Shown piece after piece: positions 56,188-64,000 of a stretch of 64,000 bases of DNA. Origin of the DNA: an uncultured virus (IMG/VR IMGVR_UViG_3300008266_011056) (taxonomy: Duplodnaviria > Heunggongvirae > Uroviricota > Caudoviricetes); the IMG/VR virus record IMGVR_UViG_3300008266_011056; one strand, written 5' to 3'. Made by a program: the position numbers and the translations under genes. Numbering within the stretch: the first letter of the stretch is position 1; every line of letters begins with the position of its first letter. The notes beneath the pieces are model-generated. The model was given only the letters and a program-made list of their open reading frames with translations. It did not search any database and was not told the DNA's origin.

Positions 56188-56211
56188 AACATCTCCTTAG
56201 TTAGTAAAGAT

Positions 56212-56240
56212 ATTATAGATGCAAGCATACCAAAAATCAA
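56212..56240 (-). promoter_or_regulatory. Sigma70-like promoter
   Basis: TTGATT-N17-TATAAT. Confidence 0.7.
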
Positions 56241-56428
56241 TCGTTACTTTTTATTAACTTTTTGATAACTTTTAATGCTTCTTTACGCATTAAAAACGAG
56301 CGTGTATCTGATGGTTTATGGACCTTAATATATTCCACACCATCAATAAAAGTAACTGTATTGTAATCTTCACAAATCCACTCTTCTGTATTAAGCGGAT
56401 TTTGCAATCTTACTTTTAGCTTTTTCAT
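56237..56428 (-). CDS. Hypothetical protein
   Basis: Coupled ORF with IDGVEY. Confidence 0.6.
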   Translation of the reverse strand: MKKLKVRLQNPLNTEEWICEDYNTVTFIDGVEYIKVHKPSDTRSFLMRKEALKVIKKLIKSND

Positions 56429-56736
56429 GGAGTAACAATACCACCCTTTTTAACTACTTTAAGACCAGAACCAAAGTTTTCATTATACTGATCATAAAGG
56501 TCATCTACAGGATCTTCCACCCACATTACAAAAGTTTTCTTAAGTATAACTGAATGAGTTTTAGAGATTGTACCGAATGGAAAGAGAGCTACCTGAAACT
56601 TACTGCTGTCAGAATCGGGAGGCATGGGGATAACATTGACACGGACAGGTGTTTTGAGCTTGTAGTTATCACTATCTACATCTTCAATGTCAGTAATAAG
56701 TTCTTCACCTGTTGTTAGTTTGATATACTTTATCAT
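56425..56736 (-). CDS. Sm-like-fold T4-like conserved protein
   Basis: IKL.TGEELI..P..Y...FGSG. Confidence 0.6.
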   Translation of the reverse strand: MIKYIKLTTGEELITDIEDVDSDNYKLKTPVRVNVIPMPPDSDSSKFQVALFPFGTISKTHSVILKKTFVMWVEDPVDDLYDQYNENFGSGLKVVKKGGIVTP

Positions 56737-56905
56737 TTAAAAACCTTTCAATATAGTCATGAGCTACTTCTTCATCATAAAACATTTTTATGTGAGTACT
56801 AATTATACGCTCATTATGAAAAAAAACCAATATCTGATCATCAAAGGAACTGGCTTTGATTAGCCAGTCCCCCAACATTACGGTCTGTAATGTTGCCAGA
56901 TACAT
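56705..56905 (-). CDS. Hypothetical protein
   Basis: Coupled ORF. Confidence 0.55.
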   Translation of the reverse strand: MYLATLQTVMLGDWLIKASSFDDQILVFFHNERIISTHIKMFYDEEVAHDYIERFLNDKVYQTNNR

Positions 56906-57415
56906 TTACTGAGAAAGTTCCTCAGTTAAAAGCTGCTTCTCACTTTTAGTGGTAATAATATCTTCTTCGCTCTTAACTTCGATCTTACGAGGCTTCTTAT
57001 GCTCAGGAATGATTCTCTCCAAAGCAATTTTAAGCATACCGTTAAGTAGTGCTGCATCTTTGAGCTCAATTTGGTCATCAATAGCAAACACTCTAGTAAA
57101 TGCACGGTTGGCAATACCCTTCCATAAGAAGTTGTCACCATCATCCTTAGCATTACCCTTGACAATAATTTTATTATCCTCTAGAGTAATTTCAATATCT
57201 GATTTAGCAAAACCAGCAACGGCTAGCTCAATCACATATTTGTTTTCATCTGCCTTACGAATATTGTAAGGCGGATAGTTAGGGATGTTTTTGGCAATCT
57301 CGTCATGCATTTTAGCCATGCGATTAAAATGATCATCGAAACCAACAAAGAACTTATCAAAGTCCTTAGTTAATGAGCCAAAATCTTTAGGTGTAGTTTG
57401 TAACAACCAGTTCAT
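56906..57415 (-). CDS. hsp20: Small heat-shock protein (IbpA-like)
   Basis: NYPPYNI, IELAVAGF, GIA.RAF.R.F, NGML, PEHKKPRKI.V. Confidence 0.95.
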   Translation of the reverse strand: MNWLLQTTPKDFGSLTKDFDKFFVGFDDHFNRMAKMHDEIAKNIPNYPPYNIRKADENKYVIELAVAGFAKSDIEITLEDNKIIVKGNAKDDGDNFLWKGIANRAFTRVFAIDDQIELKDAALLNGMLKIALERIIPEHKKPRKIEVKSEEDIITTKSEKQLLTEELSQ

Positions 57416-57633
57416 TATTTTGCCTCCTTATTAAAAGTTTTTTCAACTACTGCTTTTGCTGCAGCACCAGTTACATCATACCAAGTTTTTGTAACTTGTT
57501 TTGTAAAAGATGTTTGAGCATCAACAAATTGTTGAAGAGGCTTGCGAACTGTTTCTTCTTTGATGAAGGTGTTTAGCCAAGCAGACTTGCTTGACTGAAT
57601 GGCATCGATAGCCATGTCAGCGTAATACAACAT
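57415..57633 (-). CDS. Small amphipathic helical protein (phasin-like)
   Basis: MLYYADMAIDAIQ..FVDAQT.F; ATG 57633 with AAGGAG RBS. Confidence 0.6.
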   Translation of the reverse strand: MLYYADMAIDAIQSSKSAWLNTFIKEETVRKPLQQFVDAQTSFTKQVTKTWYDVTGAAAKAVVEKTFNKEAK

Positions 57634-57742
57634 AGTTTTCTCCTTGTTAAGCGAGTTGTAGTCAGTAAAACCTATCCAATTGGCATAGGTCGGACAGTTT
57701 TGATCTCCTTGTCCAGGGAGGTTCCCCATCCCGAGGAATCCG
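57634..57742 (-). promoter_or_regulatory. Structured 5' leader with ROSE-like RBS-sequestering hairpin
   Basis: CTCGCTT-AAC-AAGGAG hairpin with a bulged G; two further hairpins and a pseudoknot upstream. Confidence 0.6.
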
Positions 57743-57755
57743 ATATTATATATGC

Positions 57756-58187
57756 TTATTCTTCGTAATCCAGTTTCTTCTTACCAATATTATACTTAGT
57801 TTGAAGTTCCCAGTCATCCTTATCCTTGAAGGCAATTACTTTAATCTGCGATAAAGGTGCAAGATCTGAGAAGTTATTTGGGTTTAAAATTTTTACTAGA
57901 CCCCAGTCAGACAATAATTTTGCAATAGTATTACGTCTTTGTAAATCGTTATCGGTTAAATCTGTACTCTTACCGTCTAATGCAAATAATTCCTTAAAGT
58001 GTACAATGTAATATTTACCTTGCTTATGTAATATATGACAGGATTGATATAAAATTTTATCTTTCCTAGATGCAACCCCTATTCTAGTTAGCGTTTCACG
58101 TACTTTAAGAAAATCATCTGGCTGCACTAAAGTTACTTCTAATGGCGTGTAGCCTGGAATATCTACACGAAAAAAATCATTTGACAT
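57756..58187 (-). CDS. regA: Translational repressor
   Basis: DDFLKVRETLTRIG..LYQSCHILHKQG.YYIVHFKELF.LDG. Confidence 0.97.
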   Translation of the reverse strand: MSNDFFRVDIPGYTPLEVTLVQPDDFLKVRETLTRIGVASRKDKILYQSCHILHKQGKYYIVHFKELFALDGKSTDLTDNDLQRRNTIAKLLSDWGLVKILNPNNFSDLAPLSQIKVIAFKDKDDWELQTKYNIGKKKLDYEE

Positions 58188-58632
58188 CACTTCCACCCTT
58201 TTTTAATTTTTGTTTTAAATGATCTATCTGTGAATCGGATAGAATAGAAAGGGCTTGGCGAGCTTTTTCAGTGCTGTAACCATAGTAATCTTTAACTATA
58301 TCTATCGCTTCAATTCTCTGAGCCTTGATCCATTTATTGAATCTCTTACGTGGCCTGATGATATTTATAAGAAAATCAAATTGCAGTTTCTTATCCAGAT
58401 GCGGTCTTGAATTCATCTCGTTTGCTTGAATTACCGTATCTGAACCGAAGGATAGACCTTTATTAATAACGTACGAATTGTACTGTTTTTCTGACCATTC
58501 ATCTACAATAAGATTATCTTTGCCAAACGAGATAGCATTGATAAAATCAAACGGAGAAATAGCAGGTGGTTTTTCTTCCACTTGCTTGATAACCTCTACT
58601 GGTTTTCCGAATACATCATTAATATCGGTCAT
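58177..58632 (-). CDS. gp62: Clamp loader small subunit
   Basis: Y..Y.IN..LS..NEMN..QFDFL..RKRF.KW..YYGYS..KA. Confidence 0.93.
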   Translation of the reverse strand: MTDINDVFGKPVEVIKQVEEKPPAISPFDFINAISFGKDNLIVDEWSEKQYNSYVINKGLSFGSDTVIQANEMNSRPHLDKKLQFDFLINIIRPRKRFNKWIKAQRIEAIDIVKDYYGYSTEKARQALSILSDSQIDHLKQKLKKGGSDVK

Positions 58633-58814
58633 GCTCGAAGCACCCAGTCTTCCGCTTTATCCTCTGCCTCTTGTAAACGATCACAAAAATATTCCATTGA
58701 CGTTTCAAAGTAACTATCAAAGCATGTTACTCTGTAAGCATCACCTCTGGCTAATACTAGGGCCGTTCTTTGACCGTCATCAGACGTATGTTTGCTGATT
58801 TCTTTAACACTCAT
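58629..58814 (-). CDS. Hypothetical protein
   Basis: AED.AEDWV; coupled ORF. Confidence 0.6.
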   Translation of the reverse strand: MSVKEISKHTSDDGQRTALVLARGDAYRVTCFDSYFETSMEYFCDRLQEAEDKAEDWVLRA

Positions 58815-59743
58815 TTTACCTCCACCGATGCCATTATTTCAGTTAGACATGCAATTAAGTTAATCTCTTGGTCGCTCACAAATGCAGATTTATACTGATA
58901 GTCTGCAATAGTAAGTACCAGGTTAGGAACTTGATTAGTTAGTGGTAGAACATTATCGTATATTTTTCTGAATAGGGTAGCAGGATCATTGTCCATGTTG
59001 TTAGCTACCCATGTTCGCATTTTTTTCCAATCTTTTTCTTTTAGTGAACTAATCAGTTCCTCAATATTAGCATCACCTGTGCTAGTTAGTATACCTTCAT
59101 CAATAGCACCTATTTGAGAATAACGTTGCAACTCATTTAGTGTCCTGCGGAAGTCAGGGAAAAATTTCTCTACTACTCTAGCTACTACTACTTTACTATA
59201 AGTTACATTCTCCTTAGCGAGAATATTAGTTACTCTTTCAAAAAACTCTGCAGCAATTTTTTGCTTTTCATTTTTAGGAATCTTAAATTCTACTACAGCA
59301 CATCTACTATGAAGTGCAGGTATAATTCTATTTTTTAGATTACAAGTAAGAATGAACCTACAATTATTAGCGAACTCTTCCATAAACCGTCTCAAAGCCG
59401 GTTGAGTGGAGTTAGGATTTAAATAATCTGCTTCATCTAATATAACAACCTTAGTATTACCCGTGAACGAGATTGTAGATGCAAAGTCTTTAATCTTAGT
59501 TCTAAGAACATCAATACCAGATTCTTCTGATCCATTAATAATGATGTAATCTGTCTTTAGTTCTTCGCATAATGCACGTGCAATTGTTGTCTTACCTGTA
59601 CCTGCAGTACCAGTTAGAAGTAAGTTCTGTATTTCACCTGACTTTGCAAATTGATGAAATATAGCTTTTAAATTTTTAGGTAAGATACATTCAGAAATAG
59701 TTTTGGGTCTATATTCCTCTACCCATAAAAAATGTTTTTCCAT
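58811..59743 (-). CDS. gp44: Clamp loader large subunit
   Basis: LWVEEYRP, GTAGTGKTT, DEAD, SRC. Confidence 0.96.
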   Translation of the reverse strand: MEKHFLWVEEYRPKTISECILPKNLKAIFHQFAKSGEIQNLLLTGTAGTGKTTIARALCEELKTDYIIINGSEESGIDVLRTKIKDFASTISFTGNTKVVILDEADYLNPNSTQPALRRFMEEFANNCRFILTCNLKNRIIPALHSRCAVVEFKIPKNEKQKIAAEFFERVTNILAKENVTYSKVVVARVVEKFFPDFRRTLNELQRYSQIGAIDEGILTSTGDANIEELISSLKEKDWKKMRTWVANNMDNDPATLFRKIYDNVLPLTNQVPNLVLTIADYQYKSAFVSDQEINLIACLTEIMASVEVK

Positions 59744-59745
59744 AA

Positions 59746-60417
59746 TTAAAGAATTGAATCAGGTTCACAGGCAATCCAATACTGAAGCTGTCTTGACATA
59801 TGCTTGAAGTATAAAAATTTAGCTTTACCTTTAGGAATCTTTGATACTGATACTTCATATGCATCAGGAATCACTTTAAGATTTTCAACAGCAATAAAGA
59901 CATCAAATGGTTCAAAGCATGTACCTACTTCTTTCTTAAAGTTAGAAGAAGTAGGGTTCTTTCTATCACCTACAGATAAAACTACTGACTGATCTCTACT
60001 GGTAACTGAGATAGATGGCGCACTAGTAATAGAAGCGGCTTTCATAATCATCTGTACATCTTCAGCTGTCAAAGTAAACCTATAAACGTCTACTTGATCG
60101 ATAGTACCTGTAGGTGCCGCAACTACTGTCTCGGGATCTGAATAAAAATATTCGAACTTACCAGCCGGGCTACTAATAGACACGGACTTATCGTTAAATT
60201 CTACTTCTTGATTTTCAACAATAGTCATCATTGCTAGTAACGAGTTTAGTTCGTAAATAGCAAATTCGTTAGGTATTGTTTCTTTGATCTGAGCTTTTGC
60301 AAACACACTTCTTGACGCTGAGATAGTACTAATCATATCCCCAGGTCTAAAAAGCATGTTCATATTAATTGAAGCAAAGTTTTTTAGTAATGCGAGTGTC
60401 TCGCTACTTATTTTCAT
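59746..60417 (-). CDS. gp45: Sliding clamp
   Basis: MKIS.ET..LKNFA.IN..F.IY.L..ENLK..Y.V..YWIA.E. Confidence 0.92.
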   Translation of the reverse strand: MKISSETLALLKNFASINMNMLFRPGDMISTISASRSVFAKAQIKETIPNEFAIYELNSLLAMMTIVENQEVEFNDKSVSISSPAGKFEYFYSDPETVVAAPTGTIDQVDVYRFTLTAEDVQMIMKAASITSAPSISVTSRDQSVVLSVGDRKNPTSSNFKKEVGTCFEPFDVFIAVENLKVIPDAYEVSVSKIPKGKAKFLYFKHMSRQLQYWIACEPDSIL

Positions 60418-61121
60418 AATGTATCCTCTTCGGGTATTTGAAATTCTTCCATTGGTAGGAAAACGCAATTTCTGTCACGGTAATATTGTTTGTTATAATA
60501 ATACGTAATGTGTTTGTCACCTTCTTTAATTAAAGACTTATCCCATAAAACGAGAACCTCTTTGTTGAGAAGATCCCCTATCACCGAAATACCTGTAATG
60601 GTAGAAAGTAAGGGGTTAGGAGATGCCTTGATCAAACCGGCATTGAATGCAACAGTATTATTATAATCTAAAAAGTGGCATTTATCTAGCGGAAATTTTC
60701 CTGTCGATGCTAGAAAATTTGTAGATGATTTGTCGCCTACCAGATACTTGTCCTGGATTGGCTCTACATCAGGTACATTAAGAACAAAACTATTATCTAT
60801 TTCAAAATCTATATTGTACCTGGCTTTAAAATCCTGTTCTAGTCTAAGAGTTTCGAAAGGAACATTAGGGTCGGCTTTAAAGTTGTCGAATCGAGAAATA
60901 GTTTGATAACTATCATCAATAGCTGCTTCGTATTCAAACTTAAACGCAGCAATACAATCCTGCATATGCATGAACTCTTTAAGCCCGTTGAATACCATCA
61001 TGTCGTTTCTTACAACGAGGGAAATTTTGTGTCCGGTAGATTTGTAGATACCGGATAGGACGGGTAATACGTTTAAAGTTTGACTGAGCTTACCGCTCGA
61101 TGTCATGAAAATTCTAATCAT
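60414..61121 (-). CDS. Hypothetical protein, possibly GT-B glycosyltransferase-like
   Basis: Lies in the sugar-modification cluster; weak resemblance only. Confidence 0.45.
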   Translation of the reverse strand: MIRIFMTSSGKLSQTLNVLPVLSGIYKSTGHKISLVVRNDMMVFNGLKEFMHMQDCIAAFKFEYEAAIDDSYQTISRFDNFKADPNVPFETLRLEQDFKARYNIDFEIDNSFVLNVPDVEPIQDKYLVGDKSSTNFLASTGKFPLDKCHFLDYNNTVAFNAGLIKASPNPLLSTITGISVIGDLLNKEVLVLWDKSLIKEGDKHITYYYNKQYYRDRNCVFLPMEEFQIPEEDTL

Positions 61122-61145
61122 AATTAAAATACCACAAAAAGTAAA

Positions 61146-61871
61146 TTATATAAGTTTATGCTCAACTACTCCATTATATTTGTCAATACAGTACTGTCTC
61201 TCCTTTGCGTCTAGCTCTCTTAAGTCAGGTCTCCTAAATGCTGAGTCGCCATGATCTCTAAAACAAACTAAAATTTCATTAAGTAGAATTGGATCACCGT
61301 AATGATAATAAGAACGATAGAAATATTCACCATCTACTATCCATACTAAGTTTTCATCCATCTCTAACGCACATTCTCGTCTAACAGTATAGTTGGATGG
61401 ATTACCTGTTGTGTTATCACCATTCACATGCTTATTACCATACCATGGAAGCCTAGCATCGTAATATTTTGATTTATCTTCTGAGCAGTGTATAAAACCT
61501 GAAATTAACCACTTGTTATTAGGATTGTTTTTAAAATTTTCGTTTATAATATGCAGAGCATTTTGATTAACAAAAAAATCATCCATGTAAAGTAGTTTTA
61601 AAAGTTCTCCTTTAGCATATTTAATTCCATGATTGACATTATTAGCTGCATTCTTTACATTAGAAGTATTCCTAACGTATGTTATATCTAAAACTTTTTC
61701 AAAAACTTTAACAATGTCTAAATTTGAGTCATCCGTGCTTTGATCTGAAATAACTACTTCAAAATCTTTAAATGTTTGCTCAGATAAGTTTGAAAGATAC
61801 TGAATAAGAAACTTTTCATTCAAGTTATCTTTCATTCTGTATACAGGGCATACTATAGAAAATCTAGGCAT
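61146..61871 (-). CDS. GT2 glycosyltransferase
   Basis: SIVCPVY..QT..DFEVVISD.STD..N.GI..AKGE..MDD. Confidence 0.9.
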   Translation of the reverse strand: MPRFSIVCPVYRMKDNLNEKFLIQYLSNLSEQTFKDFEVVISDQSTDDSNLDIVKVFEKVLDITYVRNTSNVKNAANNVNHGIKYAKGELLKLLYMDDFFVNQNALHIINENFKNNPNNKWLISGFIHCSEDKSKYYDARLPWYGNKHVNGDNTTGNPSNYTVRRECALEMDENLVWIVDGEYFYRSYYHYGDPILLNEILVCFRDHGDSAFRRPDLRELDAKERQYCIDKYNGVVEHKLI

Positions 61872-62578
61872 TAAACTACCTCAGCTTTAGAAAAGTAGTT
61901 GGTGTAAAATTCATGGTAAAGTCTATCTCGTGTAGTAATATGCTCTCTACCAAACCCTTGTGCTTTGTCGCTTTCAGGTATACGTGTCTGGATTTGTAGT
62001 TTACGAGTTAAAGTCTGCTCATTAAACGGTGACCAACCATACCAAAGAATTTCAAGTTCATCTGTAGTGGGGTCTGTATCGTAATGTCTACCTAACGGGT
62101 ATTTTATATTTTTTTGTTTATGAATACACCTTGGTCTTCTATTTTTAAAACCAGGGGTAGAGTTATACTTAATACCATGAGGTTTTTGTTCTACTAATGA
62201 TAAGTTATGATTAGGCTGCGTCAATGGATCTTTATCTACCATAGTATGACAAGGCAGGATAAAAGAATCAGCCGACGCTTTGTCTAAAATATCAAAATTA
62301 CCTCTAATAAATTCAGTAGTGTTTAGACAAATACGCCAGCCATCAATATTTTTTTCAATATCCATTACTTCTTCGTCAATCAACCTAGCATCAAACATTT
62401 CATTTCTAGACGGGATGATTGTCCAGTCAGGACATATCTGTTTGATGATTTCAACTGACCGATCTGTAGATGCGTAGTCAATTAAGATACCGTGATAAAA
62501 GTATTTCTTATGATGATTTAACCACCAGGGTAAGAGATACTCTTCGTTATAAAAATGAGTAATAATAGTTCTGTACAT
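61871..62578 (-). CDS. GT2-like glycosyltransferase
   Basis: FYNEEYLLPWWL.HH..ID..STD.S..EF..G.H. Confidence 0.75.
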   Translation of the reverse strand: MYRTIITHFYNEEYLLPWWLNHHKKYFYHGILIDYASTDRSVEIIKQICPDWTIIPSRNEMFDARLIDEEVMDIEKNIDGWRICLNTTEFIRGNFDILDKASADSFILPCHTMVDKDPLTQPNHNLSLVEQKPHGIKYNSTPGFKNRRPRCIHKQKNIKYPLGRHYDTDPTTDELEILWYGWSPFNEQTLTRKLQIQTRIPESDKAQGFGREHITTRDRLYHEFYTNYFSKAEVV

Positions 62579-62580
62579 AA

Positions 62581-64000
62581 TTAATTTTCTAATATCTTTA
62601 CTTCAGGAAAATATCTAAGAAATATAACGTCTTTACTCTTACGGTTCAATACTTTAGTTCGTATCTCATCAAAGAAGTTCCATGCCAGAGGCACAATACA
62701 TACTTTTGTTTCTTCCTGCAATATAGCATCTGGATGTTTAATTAAAATCTTTGACCCGGGTGAATACAGACCTTGCTTAAGAGGATTATCATCTACAATA
62801 TAATCTAAGTTAAACTTTGCAAAATTTAAGAATGTATTACCTTTAGCTGCTGCACCATAACCAATCATCTTGTAACCGTCTCTCTTTAATTGTAGAATCT
62901 TATCCGAAGTAGCTTGAGCTATTTCTTTACAATTTTTTGCATACCTTAACATCTTAAAGTATGTTAGATCCTCTTCAGGGGTATATGAAGCCTCGGAAGA
63001 TTCTTTACCTAAGACGAAAACAAAACTAGTACCGTGTACAGGTGTTCTCTGTATATCAATAAGTTTTAACCCTGCCCTTTTAGCTAATGCATGAAATGAT
63101 TTCTCACTAAAGAAAGAGATATGCTCATGATAGATAGTATCGAATTCGTTATTCCTTACCATATTAGCTTGAGAAGTCTGAATGAAAATTCTACCATTAT
63201 CTGACAAATTATTCTTACATATCTCTAAAAACTCTTTAGGGTAAGTATTATGTGCAAATACGTTTTGTGCAATAATTATATCAAACTTAGTATTCAACTT
63301 ACCTATAGAATCTTCTGTAAGATAGTCACAGACGATATTATGGTTTTTAGAGCTTAGTGGATATAAGTTCACAGCAGGGTCAATGCCAAAAGTACTATAT
63401 CCCTTTACTTTAAATGAATCTAATTGCGTGCCATCATTACAAGCAATATCAAGAACAGTCTTACCATCAACGTATTGCTTAGAAAAATCTACAAACCAAT
63501 CAAAATAATCTTTAAGTGTCTTTGTTGTACCACTAACGTACAGATAATTTTTAAATAGTAAATCAGGGTTAACTGAATGAGTAAGTTGTATGTGAGTACA
63601 GTCGTGGCAGTAGTTGATAGCTAGAGGATACACCCATTCAGCTTCGTTAATATAATTTAAGTAGCTATTAGCTAGAGGTTGATTATTGAGATCCAGTATT
63701 TTTTCTAGATTTGTACCATTACAACATAAACAATGTGTAAGCTCTTCACAGTTATTGTGGTCAACACTAATAATATTACTAACCTCTTCTTTAGAAGATT
63801 CATTCCAACGTCTATGAGACCCGGCTACGTAATGTATACCCATTATTTCATTGTCGTCGTTTTTAAAATAACAACAACCATAGTTTTGAGAGTCTGTCTT
63901 CCAGTTTAAGGTTTTAATATTATTATCTAGAATGTGTTTTCTAATTCTATAACCTACCTCAACGAAACCTTCAGCTTTATTTGTATTAACTTCTTCCGGG
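62581..64000 (-). CDS. NDP-sugar C-methyltransferase-like protein with an extra N-terminal region; frame continues past the window end
   Basis: C-x2-C..QPLAN..C-x2-C, DIACNDG, NVFAH, FDTIYHEH, YGAAAKGNT, LAWNF; no in-frame stop from 63843 to 64000. Confidence 0.85.
   Translation of the reverse strand, partial: PEEVNTNKAEGFVEVGYRIRKHILDNNIKTLNWKTDSQNYGCCYFKNDDNEIMGIHYVAGSHRRWNESSKEEVSNIISVDHNNCEELTHCLCCNGTNLEKILDLNNQPLANSYLNYINEAEWVYPLAINYCHDCTHIQLTHSVNPDLLFKNYLYVSGTTKTLKDYFDWFVDFSKQYVDGKTVLDIACNDGTQLDSFKVKGYSTFGIDPAVNLYPLSSKNHNIVCDYLTEDSIGKLNTKFDIIIAQNVFAHNTYPKEFLEICKNNLSDNGRIFIQTSQANMVRNNEFDTIYHEHISFFSEKSFHALAKRAGLKLIDIQRTPVHGTSFVFVLGKESSEASYTPEEDLTYFKMLRYAKNCKEIAQATSDKILQLKRDGYKMIGYGAAAKGNTFLNFAKFNLDYIVDDNPLKQGLYSPGSKILIKHPDAILQEETKVCIVPLAWNFFDEIRTKVLNRKSKDVIFLRYFPEVKILEN

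Noticed and set aside
905..62477. Many short ORFs in the track that are antisense or out of frame inside recognised genes (e.g. 905-1246, 6973-7284, 15943-16299, 32436-32897, 56949-57269)
   Set aside because: They lie within well-supported genes and show no recognisable motifs
1..64000. Stop-codon reassignment
   Set aside because: Core genes translate to full length with the standard code and no suppressor tRNA was seen

Overview
A 64 kb AT-rich segment of a T4-like (myovirus) phage genome, mostly coded on the minus strand. The host is probably a betaproteobacterium, inferred from the style of PqqA, IscU, ErpA, the desaturase and the tmRNA tag. It contains: a baseplate/tail block (gp5, gp27-like hub, gp53, gp48, gp4, gp2, gp54, gp26, gp51, tape-measure-like); replication and expression genes (gp32, gp59, gp33, RNase H, gp61, gp41, UvsX, gp43, RegA, gp62, gp44, gp45); nucleotide metabolism (NrdAB, thioredoxin, ThyX, dCMP deaminase, nucleotidase); lysis genes (GH19 endolysin, spanins); a block of probable capsid-packaged proteins; and glycosyl/methyltransferases. 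Features missing from the ORF track: an intact PQQ-precursor gene pqqA (12826-12900); next to it a circularly permuted two-piece tmRNA with an RBS-led ORF starting in its intervening segment; a candidate -1 frameshift joining gp26 to gp51 just before the tape measure gene; a second candidate -1 frameshift downstream of RNase H; a ROSE-like thermometer leader before the Hsp20 operon; several pseudoknotted leaders; an initiator tRNA inside a cupin ORF; and several small ORFs. Iron/Fe-S genes (iscU, erpA, bfd, dps) are also present. All calls come from reading motifs and gene order by eye; no database search was run.
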